DNA of 64,000 nt from Botryllus schlosseri. Its lineage: Eukaryota. The position numbers were made by a program, and so were the translations under genes. The stretch is taken from assembly GCA_051294905.1 (NCBI GenBank), contig CM119372.1, forward strand, positions 14,324,001 to 14,388,000, read 5' to 3'. Positions 25,225 to 37,800 of this stretch are shown in pieces. The notes beneath the pieces are model-generated. The model saw nothing but the letters and a program-made list of their open reading frames with translations. It did no database searches and was not told where the DNA came from. Position 1 is the first letter of the stretch, and each line of letters starts with the position of its first letter.

Positions 25225-26412
25225 ATCGTGGTATCCGGAAGTGTGTTGCTGAATTACTTGAAGCCTGTAAATTAGTGGTGATGCAAGTCGCTGGTATTCA
25301 CGTTTGTTGTTTTTATGTCCGTCGCATTGCTAATACCGTGCTAATAGTTTTTAAGGATATTGTGTCTTGTATGTCGTTGGTAATTTTACTATTATTTGTT
25401 TTCAAAGATGGTGACAATCAGTATTTTCCGAGACAAAACCCGATCGGAAATGTCAATTTGATTTTAGCGCTGCTAATACCCAAACATCAAATTTGGAATT
25501 CCGTAGCTATGATATGTCATGAACATGTTTCCTTCAAAGTGCCGTGACATTGCCTGTTGAATCGATTTTTTAGTTCAATTTGCTCTGCTTTATCTTCAAC
25601 AGGAAGCTTCCTTTTTGCAATCAATTTTTTCTTGCTTCGCCGAGTCTGCTGCTCTCGTGTTCTGTGTGGACATTAACTAGGTAATATAGTCTAACAAATG
25701 AACTGATCGTGTCGAACCAAACTTCTCAAACGATATCCTGTGTATTAGAATCTCTTATTTCTGTGTAGGCCTGTACACTAGGCCATCTGAAGACGGTTAA
25801 TTCATTCTCGTTTCCTTGATTGAGCCATAACACTTCTTGCGAATACTTTTGAAGGCAATTTTTGCCTTTATCGGCAGATTGGTTATTTTCAGATATAGAT
25901 TGATGCGGCAGTTTTGCCAAAATGCAACATTTTTCTGTACTTTTCGATGATGTGTGATTTAGTACTGTTGCTACATCACCCTGGGCTCGTTTTGCAGTAT
26001 GGTTTGCCATTTATCACCAGAAGCAGATATGGCTTCTTATTCTTATTTCTGAGCAAATTTTCTCCAACTTTCTATTATGTTTGTGTTATTTAATGGTGTA
26101 GCTATTGTATGAGTCGTGCTTTGTGCTATGAATTCTCTATTGCATAACAACCATGTCTAGTGTCTACTGCAAGTACATATTGGTGGATGCATTTCATGAT
26201 TATTGTCGATACGTATATTGTGTGTTTTGTGTTTCAAATGAGCATGTCCTATTTCTAACACCGCAATGCCAAAACTTGTTCTTCGTGCATAACGCAGCTG
26301 TTTGAACCTGGATAATCTTGGATTCACTTCTCTTTCAGATGTCCACATTATTTAGTGTCTAGGTTTAGTTAGTGGGCTATATCTGGAACTGGAATAATCG
26401 AAATATCCTGCT

Positions 26413-27620
26413 CAGGCGCGTAGCCAGGGGGGGGGGTTCGGGGGTCGAAACCCCCTCCTTTAGAAACGCGAAGCCCCCTCCTTTAACACGAAACCCCCTC
26501 CTTTAACACGAAACCTCGCCCTTTTTAAATGACCGCTCTGACGCTAATAGTCGGTTGCAATTCAATAAGTTGTATTATCAGTATTGCGCGCGGCCAATAA
26601 CAAAAGTCGCCGCTAATTAACGAAAGTCGTATTGCTAATTAGCGAGATTCGTCCTGGCGCATTGCACTGCACAATGTAACGCGACACGATCTCCCGCTGA
26701 GATGATTGCGAAATCAGGTCATTCATTGTCGCGCGTTCGGCAGCCTCATTGCTAGCCTCATTTACCGCGTCTCCAACAAGCCTAATTCCGCTGGCTTGAA
26801 TAATCACATCTGCAATAGGCCCTAGGCACGATATCGTCACTGGCCTTCACAATCACATCTGCATTGGCTTGGTGTGCACGATATCTTCGCTTGCCTACAC
26901 AATCGCATCTGCAATAGGCCTAGTACTAAAGATATCGCTAGCTTAACTACCGCGTCTTGAGCCTACATGCATTGGCTCCTATTTCTCGATGGCTTGGATA
27001 AAATGCGATTAAGTGTATGCTGATTAGCGATCGTGATTAAAGAATGACATCTCGTTACTGAACGACATCGAATGTCCGCAATCATGTTCGACGCGTGCGT
27101 ACGTACAGTACATGCGTAATTGATTACCACTAGTCTTCAGTTATAGTGCAGTAGGCTTGAGTTATAAAAGAGGTAAGGTTGGAACCATCTGAAATCGGCG
27201 TCATTATAGCACATATTCCATAAAACCTCGTACATTTTTACTTGCGCAATTCGTCGCCGAGACTACGTAAGACGCAAGACGCATTGATGAGCGGGCGTAT
27301 TTAATTGTTGTACGCTTTGATAAGCGCACGAATTTAATTGTTCGGCGCGTTGATAAGCGCGTGTTTTCACATGTTCGACGCGTGCGTATTTGATTGTTCA
27401 CGACAGATCAGGGAGTCGCTAATCAACAGCACTTCCGGACTCGTCGACAAGCTTATCATACGCCTATAATCGCCGACACGGGAATGTTTTATAATCGTTA
27501 TTTACGCATCACATGTACTTAACCCTAACGAATTGATGCTACGTTACAAAATTCGAAAAAAATCGAAACCCCCCCTTTTATTTCAAACCCCCCCTTATTT
27601 TTCGGCTGGCTACGCGCCTG
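26413..27620. mobile_element. Non-autonomous hAT element (family A, copy 2)
   Basis: TIR CAGGCGCGTAGCCAG; perfect TSD atcctgct; homologous to 9811-11383. Confidence 0.9.
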
Positions 27621-28974
27621 ATCCTGCTACCAGATACAGAGTAGTAGTGGAGGACTGTCGGCACTCATCGAAGCATTCACGATTTTAAAAGATGCTGCAT
27701 GCCTACATATTTGAATGTCTGGTAAGTCCGGATGAGCTGGTGTTATTAGCTACTGGAATTGATGATTTGAAGGAAAATGTTGACTGAATTAAAGTTGTTC
27801 GGGTAGCAGCAATAAGTGACAATACTGATTCACGTTCACTATTATAAAATTATAAAGTATATTCTTATTCATATTGAAATGAACGTGAAATTTTTTGGCC
27901 GACTCTCAGTAAGGGTGATAGTCATCAACTAGTAGAGAATTGGAAAGAACACTGCATATCAACAATCGTATCGCAATTATTAGGTGTACTGAAACGTGTT
28001 ATATCTTGTTCTTGAAATTTTGTGATTTTTTTCTGAATTATTCTTGGTCAAAGCTCAGATCTTGCTTGATACGGTATTATACTGCCCCTTCCTCTTTCCA
28101 AAGTGTCTAGAGAGGTCTCTCTCTGTGGTTCGATTTGTGTTGACTGTCAGATCAAAACCAGTGCCAGTCCTATGACATGGTAGACAGGCAGGGTGGCAGC
28201 AGGAATAGCATCCGCCGTTACAGACTCATCCAAATAACTATGCTCGGCAATGATACGCTGTGGCAAACCCATATACGTTTGTGCTTTTTGTAAAGTGCAT
28301 CCTGTAAACCGGATTTTATTGTATTGTAACTTATCAGCAATGATGCTCAAATTGTGGTGTCCCAATGTAAAATTAAATTTGGCCTAAATGAATTTATTCT
28401 GGAATGATTAGATTGCTGCTACAAGATAAATTTTCATCTACTATTTTCCCCCTGAAGTTGGATTTGCTAGAGCAGTACTTTTCAATCTTTTGACAACCAT
28501 TCTGACTTATATTTTAGCAATAATTTCATCCGCACAAAGAGAGTTAACACGTTTTTTTAGAATGGTCAACAAGTAGGCTACCGGTTTATCAATGACTCAG
28601 TTACTGCTGAATATTTCTGACGATTTAAGACCAGTTAAGTGCAACTTATTTCTCTTATTCTCTTATTTCCCGCAGTAGGCTTGTACATGTCTCATTAAGA
28701 AAACACCTCTATTCTTCGCTTTTACGTCAACTAGAACACTAAAGCCCTTTTCAGCCAAATAAGTTGTGAAATTTTGCACTAGAAATTCAAGTACTCTGAT
28801 GGTCAGTGCGTTGGAACCAGACTTTTGATAACGTAATAATAAGTGTTTGTGTTCGCAAATATTGATTCGCTACGTCTAGTGCGAGACAAAATCAAAGTAA
28901 AAGCTACGATTAGCGGTGCGCTGTCCAACAAGTTTTTACAAATCCGTTGAAATGACTGAAGTTAGGGTGTCACT

Positions 28975-29173
28975 CAATGTTCCCTCTAAGCTACGCACGT
29001 GCGCAATTGCACAGTGCTGACACGGTCTCTGCGCAGTGCGCACAGAAAATCTAAGCTGCTCACAAAAAATCAGGAGTGATGACTTTTTTTAGTCGTTGTG
29101 CACTGTTGTCCAAGGGACCGCACACTTAGTTGGTGAGTGCTCGCAGACTCGTGAAAAATTAGAGAGAACATTG
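28975..29173. mobile_element. Short hAT MITE
   Basis: Termini CAATGTTCCCTCTAA / TTAGAGAGAACATTG; perfect TSD gtgtcact. Confidence 0.85.
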
Positions 29174-29696
29174 GTGTCACTGTGCCTAATATTCAATAAA
29201 GTGTATTTGAATTATCCCACATCAGAAAAAGGAAAAATATGCCCAATTTCATTCGCACCACATTTGTCATCCACATTGCAAATTTTGGGTGCTCTTGTTG
29301 AAAAGGACTGTGCTACAGTAATCGTATTCCGGTGCTCTGTTTCGCACTTTGCAGCTATTTTATATCTTGAAATTGATCAATGTAGTCGAGTGGTTTGTGA
29401 AATCTGACCTCTTGCATTGCAAGCTCTTCATCGGAATTGTTTTATAATAATGACTGTTGATGGTGATACTGTACATGAGGCTACTCTCTTGTTGAGTTGT
29501 TGTCATATTATCATGGTGCCACATTTGGATATATTATACGTGTGTTTGAAAATGGTACGACTCTGGTATCGGTTATCATAACACAACCACACCGTTTTTG
29601 TTATCATACCATTTTATTGCTTTTGTATATTATTATCAGTTCAATCTTTTATTGCCAACAGAAGCAAGTTAGGGTAGGCTTAATTTCACATGCAGC

Positions 29697-30518
29697 ATGT
29701 TGATCAAAGAGTTCAGAATCATCCTGCCCATGACTGTCGAAGAGTACCAAGTTGCTCAACTTTACTCGGTCGCTGAAGCCAGCAAAAATGAAACTGGCGG
29801 TGGCGAAGGGATTGAAGTGATTGAAAACAAGCCATATGAAGATAACGGCGTAAAAGGACAGTACACACTGAAAAAATACCATTTAGCTTCAAGGGTTCCA
29901 AAAGCTTTGAAGCTTATCGCACCGAAAGGGTCGTTAGAGTTTCAAGAAGAGGCGCACAACGCGTATCCGTACTGTAAAACCGTAGTTACTAACGACTATA
30001 TGAAGAAAAATTTTCTAATCTCCATCGAGAGTTGGCACAAGCCCGACTTCGGCGATACGGAAAACGTCCACAATCTACCCGCAGACGTGTGGGCGCAAAC
30101 AGAAGTTATCTATATCGATATAGCCAAAGATTCTGTCAGCTCTGGCGACTATAAAGCTGACGAAGATCCGCTCACATTTCACCCAAAAGCCGATGGCCGC
30201 GGACCATTGACCCCAAACTGGGTCGAAGAATTGAAAAAGGCCGACAAAAACGGCACCGCGAAAATGCCGCATATGTGCGCTTACAAACTCGTCAGGTGCG
30301 AATTCAAAAAGTTTGGATTTCAAGGCATGGTGGAGGGCTTTATACAGAGACAGGAGAGAAGAATCTTCCAGAATTTCCACCGGCAGGTCTACAGCTGGAT
30401 GGACAGGTGGCATGGGCTCACGATGGAGGATATTCGTAGGATCGAGGACCAGACTAAGGAGGAATTGGCCGAACAAATAAGGAAAGGCTCCATAAGAGGC
30501 ACCAAAGTAAATGAATAA
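29697..30518 (+). CDS. PITPNA: Class I phosphatidylinositol transfer protein, intronless CDS, paralog 2
   Basis: 273 aa: [97 protein letters not shown]. The alpha/beta assignment cannot be resolved. Confidence 0.95.
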   Translation: MLIKEFRIILPMTVEEYQVAQLYSVAEASKNETGGGEGIEVIENKPYEDNGVKGQYTLKKYHLASRVPKALKLIAPKGSLEFQEEAHNAYPYCKTVVTNDYMKKNFLISIESWHKPDFGDTENVHNLPADVWAQTEVIYIDIAKDSVSSGDYKADEDPLTFHPKADGRGPLTPNWVEELKKADKNGTAKMPHMCAYKLVRCEFKKFGFQGMVEGFIQRQERRIFQNFHRQVYSWMDRWHGLTMEDIRRIEDQTKEELAEQIRKGSIRGTKVNE

Positions 30519-31857
30519 TACCCCATGACTCCCATGAGGAAGCCGGCGAATGTAGGTTGAATCGAACGTATTGTAAGAACCAATTTGATTTAGTTACCCC
30601 AATGCGCTTTGCTTGACACCATTTTGTCCTCAATTAGCAATGTTGGAATTTGAAACTCTCCTAGAATATATCTATTTTTGTCACTGTTTATGGTAGTGAA
30701 CCTAATGCAATCATTAGCTAATCTGATTTCGCCGATGGAGTACGAACTTGAACCCAATTAGTATGATGAATCTTCAGCTATTGATTAAACTTAGTTTGCT
30801 GTTTCCTAGATAAATTTCTATACATGCTTGAGTTTGTTGAAAGCTACTAATATAAATGTCAGATGTTAACGGATTTGAAAGTGAAGGTATCTCCGAGAGC
30901 TGCCCTGAGCAATTTTCTCATGTTGCCTATGTAACTTGCTGCTAAATTATCCCTGAACAATATTAGCACAAAAGCTGGAAGTTTGACCTTTGAAATGGAC
31001 CTGGACCCTTTTTCCTTCGCATAGGCCTACCTATGATGTGCTTCTGTATCGTTCCGATGAATGTTAGAACGATTGATGATCTCGCAATACTTTTAATGTA
31101 GGCCTGCTTATCCTATGAAATGGCCTGCGTGCCAATGTACGGAGACTCCTTTCCCTGTATATTGTCAATATCACTTCTGATCATAGACTTTGTACTATGC
31201 ATTACCTGTATATGCTATTGATTTATGATGTTCCGAATACAGCCAGCACTTCTTCATCATCCTAGTATAGTAACGTGCATGTCATTGCTCTCCTCACCTA
31301 GTCCCATCCCAACTGACCAAATTTTAGTCACACGCAGACTCTCCTGTTCACTTCACTTCACCATGTGTTTCATTCCTAGAAATAAAACTCTGATCTATTC
31401 TATCATTTACATAGCGATGTTTGTTGTCAGGCTCGTGCATGTGAAGATATATTGCAACCATTCGTATTAGTGTATTATGGTTTTGGTGTGACTAATTTTT
31501 GTGCTGTTCAATAAGATTCCAGTGCTGCTTGATCATTGTGATGTCTACCCACTTGTGATATGAAGTAAATTGCCTTTGATTATTCACCTGCTCATGTGGT
31601 CTCGGGTGCGTTGGCAAAGTTTAGTGATGTGTAGGCGAATTCATCTCGTACAATATACCTTGTAAGTTGTAATAGTCTGAAATTTATACCAGTGTCGGTA
31701 TTATCCTGCTCATAATCGACCGGTTTCATATTCTCACGCCACATTAGAAATATTATCGTCTCTCTTAAATATGATAATTTCAAGTGCAACATCGCATTAT
31801 ATATTTAGATCGAATGTTGAAAATAACGATACCTAGAATGAGACAAAGCAACATAGA

Positions 31858-34800
31858 ATGAGCTACCAGAGTGGCAATGTTGCTTACGATCGGTGGCAAT
31901 CCGGCGGACAGCTTAGAGATCCCTATTACAGGCAAGGCAGTGGGAATTATAGCGGCCATGACGTGAATCCCGGTGGCGCGGAATACACCAGAAGTGATAA
32001 TGATCACCATAGACACGACGGCAGAGGCCATCAAGTCGTGGATTCACGTCAATATCAAAGTAAAGTGCCGTACAGAGATGAACGTAACATGGATGGGTAT
32101 GGGTACGATCGTAATATAGAGCCTCCGCACAGATACCCACAAACTTTTCAAAACGACCCGAACTCTGATCCTCGGCGCAATCAATACAGTCGTGAGGTTC
32201 AAGGCAAAGATTTTGATCCGAACACAAATTCTTACTCTGTCAAAAGGGATCCTTACCCAGAGATGGACAGCCACACAAATCCTTACCAGCAAAGGTACCA
32301 ATCCAATCAACCTCCTATCAGGGATCAGAATTATCAAGAGGAGCAAAGACGTGGAGATAACGCAAACGCCTCTCCGGACAGATACAGGTCACCTGACCGG
32401 GGCAGTTATCCGAATCATGCCAGCTACGACAATGCCCCTGATTACCCACACGATCGTTACTCGCAGAGAACGCAAGATGCTAGGCCTGGATATGACCGTG
32501 GGCCGCCGGTTAATGTTCAGCCACCCAATGGTGAACTCTCTCAATGGGACCGCAATCCTCAGCCACGTAGCAGAGCGCCTTCGTACGAGCGAGACTCGCA
32601 GAATATATATGAGCAGGTTTGTAGTTTCAAATCCTGAAATTAATTCAACACCAGTATTTACTTGGTTTGTTTACAGAATAGCCATGCTCCGCAATACCAT
32701 GATAATAACAGGTAAGATATTTCCATCACTCACTCTGTATCGTTCAACCCAATGTTCTGTTTTTTAGGAATGATGCGTCCAAGTACAACAATTTGCCACA
32801 GCACATGGACCCACCAAAGATTATTGCCCAAACGGTCAGTGCCTCTTGTTGAGGCTAGTTCATCTGGTCATTTTCTGCCGTAGAGAATTTTGAGAGTCGG
32901 TATATATTACACCCGTTAGTTCTTTCGGTTGTCTGTTACTTTTCTCTTATGAAGGCCTGTTGTCATGGTCGGCTGACTTGAAGTGAAACACAAGTTGAAA
33001 TTGATGCGAATCAAATATATATGCAGTGAGAGCTGAGACTGATGTGCTCTGTAAGGCTCTGCGTTACAAGTAATCTATTTACCAAGTCTTGTGAAAAATA
33101 GTAATTTACATCAGTGGTTCTCAACCTTTCAACTTGCGAACCAGTCAACTTTCAGAAAGCAAAATTACCTAAAATGTAATCACGACAAATTCATGCAAAT
33201 CAAAGGCAAATATTGTAAACTTGATATAATGCTCTCTTTTTGTTATCAGTTGTTATATTTGTTTCTATTGAAGTTTTGGAAACATGATGTCATGTTTAAA
33301 ACCACTATCTTGATTTTGATTGCTCAGTTTCTTTCAAAAGAAATGGGTCTTAGCTCTTTGCTAGCTGCTATTATACTGCCAAATGAAATTTTGTGTAAAA
33401 AGTAGAAGTAGACCAATTTGTGACACCAGCAGAAAAATATATTTCAGATTTCCAAATTAATTTATAATTTGATGTTTCAGTTCTCTAATTAATCGGCGTT
33501 CGACCAACTTCTTGCATGTTGGAATTTGAATTTAAAATATTGTAACATATTTGACGGACTGGCATGGAACTTGCACAGACTGGGGGTCGAGAACCACCGC
33601 TTTACAGTAGGCTACATAGTACTGCTATGTGCTTACAGACTGGGTCAGCGGCTGTGTTTGGCATCGCGAGGAACAACGTACCTTTGTCGGGACAGCACCC
33701 ACCACCCATTCAGCAGAATTTTTCCCCCGCCAGAGCCCAGCAGCCTGCGGTCGCGTCACCTGCTAAAGACATTCCGCCTTCATTTGAGCCACGGAGGGGA
33801 AATGACTCAGGAAGGCAATTCCAACATAGACAGCCATCTAATGTGCCGTCACATCAGGTATAATAAAATGTAGCTTTGTAAGATGGTACTACTCTATTGT
33901 GTTGTGTGATAGTTCTTCTCTCATGTCTTAGTAGGCCTATCTATGTTGATAATAGCACCATCGCTTTTGTATCGTTATTGCATTTTATTTTGTTATAAAC
34001 ATATTTTGTTGATGACTTACAAGTAGGGATGGTGTGAACCTCGGAAAGGTTCAGGTTCGTGTGAACGCGAACCTTTTTGAAAGGTTCTGTGTGAACGCGA
34101 ACGTGAACCCCATGACGTCACGTGACGTCATATTGCTAATTCCAACCCTACATTTCAGTGAAGTGATATATATCAATGCACACGAATGACAAGGTACCTA
34201 GCGAATGACACGATACCATAATGCCACAAGGCTGGAGGTACATACTGACGTTTTAAACGTCGCCAAATGTATCAAGTCAAATGATATTATAATCCCATAA
34301 AATCAATTATCTTCCGTCGCTGCCAACAATTTCAACGTGGACTTGCAAGAGAATATAAGCTTACGCCTGAAATCGAGATGGAACCCGTACGCTTGCTAGA
34401 TTTTTTACATCAGACAACGATATCAATTCCATTGATTGGCTGAATAAGCATCATTCGCTGACTACCTACATGTAGCGTATTTCGTTTTTGATGTTGTGTG
34501 ATTGCGGGTTAGGGTGGAGTGAAAATGACTTTTTTTTTCAAATCAAAAAAAGGGCTTCCTCAATCCTGACAAATGACCTAAAACTTCAATAAATAGTGAC
34601 TTCAGGGTGTTGCCCCCATTTTCCAGCCGGCAACCCCCCAATTTCTGCGCGTGGGGGGGTAAAATGGCCCAACCGCTGGTCGTAGAGTCATGATATATAG
34701 CTCAAAATCTGCGGAAGCATCATGTTTCTATCTGTCTTAAGAAGAAAGTTTTCTCTATTGTGAACACAAAATGAGTTATAGCCAAAAAACAATACATACG

Positions 34801-37800
34801 CACATTTTTGTTGAAATTCAGCATTTATTCTGACGAATTGTGATCTGTCATCAGTTTTTTTGAAACTAAAAGTAACACACTGGCAATACCGAATATTGGG
34901 CCCATAATACAAATATATTCACAACACAGTCCTTTTAAAATCGGTTCAAAACATCATAATGAAACACCCACATTTAACGGCTTATTGAAAATGCATTTTT
35001 GTGTCAAATTTTTTCATCAGTTTACGAGACTTAATTTTTTGGCCATTGAGAGGCCATCTCGTCTTTGAAATCCCGAAACTTGTGCTGATGCTTCTGTTAC
35101 GAGCTTTACATGTCGTTCCACTGTTTGATTGTGGCATGGATGAAACAAAATCAGAGGCTTCTCGCGGCATTCTTCCAACTCTGCATCAGTTAAGTGCTCA
35201 ATCGTTGGAGGAAGTTGTTGATAAGGTTCAATATCAACCAACTCGTGGTATGCCTTGGCTTTGGGACACAGAATAAACGAATAGGACCCAAGTTCAATTG
35301 GTTGGAACTGCTATGACTTTCAATGTCCACAAGTGAATTTTATTCAGCGGCATGTTTTCGAAACGCAAGCACCTTGGTCACACCCTTATTTCGTATGTCT
35401 TCATTATCATCTACCAGCATTGCAATCATAATATTTTTGGGGTGTGCGGAATAACCGTTTCTTATCACCACATTCAAAGCAATTTTCCGAACGTTTCGGT
35501 CAGAGAAATTCAAAACCTGTTGAATCAAGTTGAAGATGTTTCTGGGTCCATGTGTTATATGTTTGTTTCCCTTGATCTCAAACCAAGTTGGAAAATATAC
35601 TTCAAGGCAAAAACGAACCAGAATCTCTAGGTTCAAAGGCGGTTCATCAACTGTTACATAATACCGTAAAACTCTGCACTGCATCCTAAAGTTAGCCATC
35701 TTGAATGCGCAACTGGTGGTCCAACCTCCCAAGTAAGCCGGATCATCATCAGCATTTCCTTGAATAATTGCCCAGCACATTTATAAGCATATAACTGGTC
35801 CTTAAGTCACTAACAATTTCCGATGGGAGCTTTGGAAAGGCCATAAGTGGTGGCGAGAGCTTTTTGAATTGAGTAACTGGCCAACAAGATACACTTCCAC
35901 GTAGTTTTTTTCCAATTGGGTGTGACCAAGGTGCTGGCGATTCGAAAACATGCCGCTGAATAAAATTCACTTCTGGACATTGAGAGTCATAGCAGTTCCA
36001 ACCAATCGAACTGCGGTCCTGTTCGTTCATTCTGTGTCCCAAGTTGAACTTGGAAGCAAAGGCATACCACGAGTTGGTTGATATTGAACCTTATATCACC
36101 AACTTCCTCCAGCAATTGAGCACTTAACTGATGCAGATTTGGAAGAATGCCGCGAGAAGCCTCTGATTTTGTTTCATCCATGCCACAATCAAACAGTGGA
36201 ATGACATGTAAAGCTCGTAACAGAAGCATCAGCACAAGTTTCGGGATTTCAAAGACGAGATGGCCTCATTCGCCGAAAAATTAAGTCTCGTAAACTGATG
36301 AAAAAACTTGACAAAAGAATGCATTTTCAATAAGTCGTTAAATGTGAGTGTTTCATTATGATGTTTTGAACCGATTTTAAAAGGACTGTGTTGTGAATAT
36401 ATTTGTAATATGGGCCCAATATTCGGTATTGTCAGTGTGTTACTTTTCTTAAAAAAAAACTAATGACCGATCACAATTCGTCTGAATAAATGCTGAATTT
36501 CAACAAAAATGTGCGTATATATTGTTTTTTGGCTATAACTCATTTTGTGTTCACAATAGAGAAAACTTTCTTCTTAAGACAAATAGAAACATGATGCTTC
36601 CGCAGATTTTGAGCTATATATCATGACTCTACGACCAGCGGTTGCCGAGATGGGCCATTTTACCCCCCCCCCACGCGCAGAAATTGGGGGGTTGCCGGCT
36701 GTAAAATGGGGGCAACACCCTGAAGTCACTTTTTATTGAAGTTTTAGGTCATTTGTCAGGATTGAGGAAGCCTTTTTTTGATTTGAAAAAAGAAGTCATT
36801 TTCACTCCACCCTATTGCGGGTCACGCTCACAGCATAGAGTCACTAAATATTCACAAACAGAAAGCTAGATATTTCGAACAAACTTTTGTACCAAAGAAG
36901 GTAAAATTTTTGAGATTGTAAAGCTGCATGCTCGTTTAGTGTTGATTTTTTATGCTGCCAGCGCCATGCATAGAGTGGCCCGCAGTTGAAATGCAATAAA
37001 TTTCAACCAAATATGTTATAATGACGTGGAATTATAATATATGAAAAAGGTTCACAGTGCAGAACCTACCAAGGTTCGTTTGTGAACGTGAACCTCTAAA
37101 TTTCCGAGGTTCACACACAGAACGCGAACGTGAACCTCACGTTCACACCATCCCTACTTACAAGGGTTGGTCTATTGCAAAAGGATTATAATTGTAATTT
37201 CAACTTGGTGTGTGTTGATTTTTCTTCAAGTTAGGTTTGGTCATGTCATATTTTTCTGCAGTATCACAACGCGCTCACACCAATATCAGAAAAAGCTTCT
37301 CCGACATCATCGATCGGTTCCAAAGGTCATCTACAAGATAACGTACGGACTATGCCTCAAGCTTTGCACAATCAATACACGCCTTATGGAAGTGATGAGC
37401 GATCCTGGTAAGCATTATTTTGCAATGTCCGTACTAGATGAGGTCACGCGTTCTTGATGAGATTGAGTTCATAATACTCACTTGTGATGGGATGTACACA
37501 TCGTGTGAGGTTTCATATTACGTGATCGCTAATAGCATCGCGGCAAATCAGGTTTTGATAAATATTGTGAAATTGGATTGGCCTTCTCAACAAGGGCGTT
37601 CGTTCATGTAATTTGAAATAATATGGGACTAGTCCTATCTAGTGCAATCGCCAATCCGGCTCTGTTTGTATTTTGAATATATGTGCACTCCGGGTTACTG
37701 GATTCGGAACGCTGGTTTTTACTTGTGTTTTAGTGCAGTTATTGAAACAAAAATTAAAAAATAGAGATAATATTTGAATAGCACCAGGCTACAAATCTGT

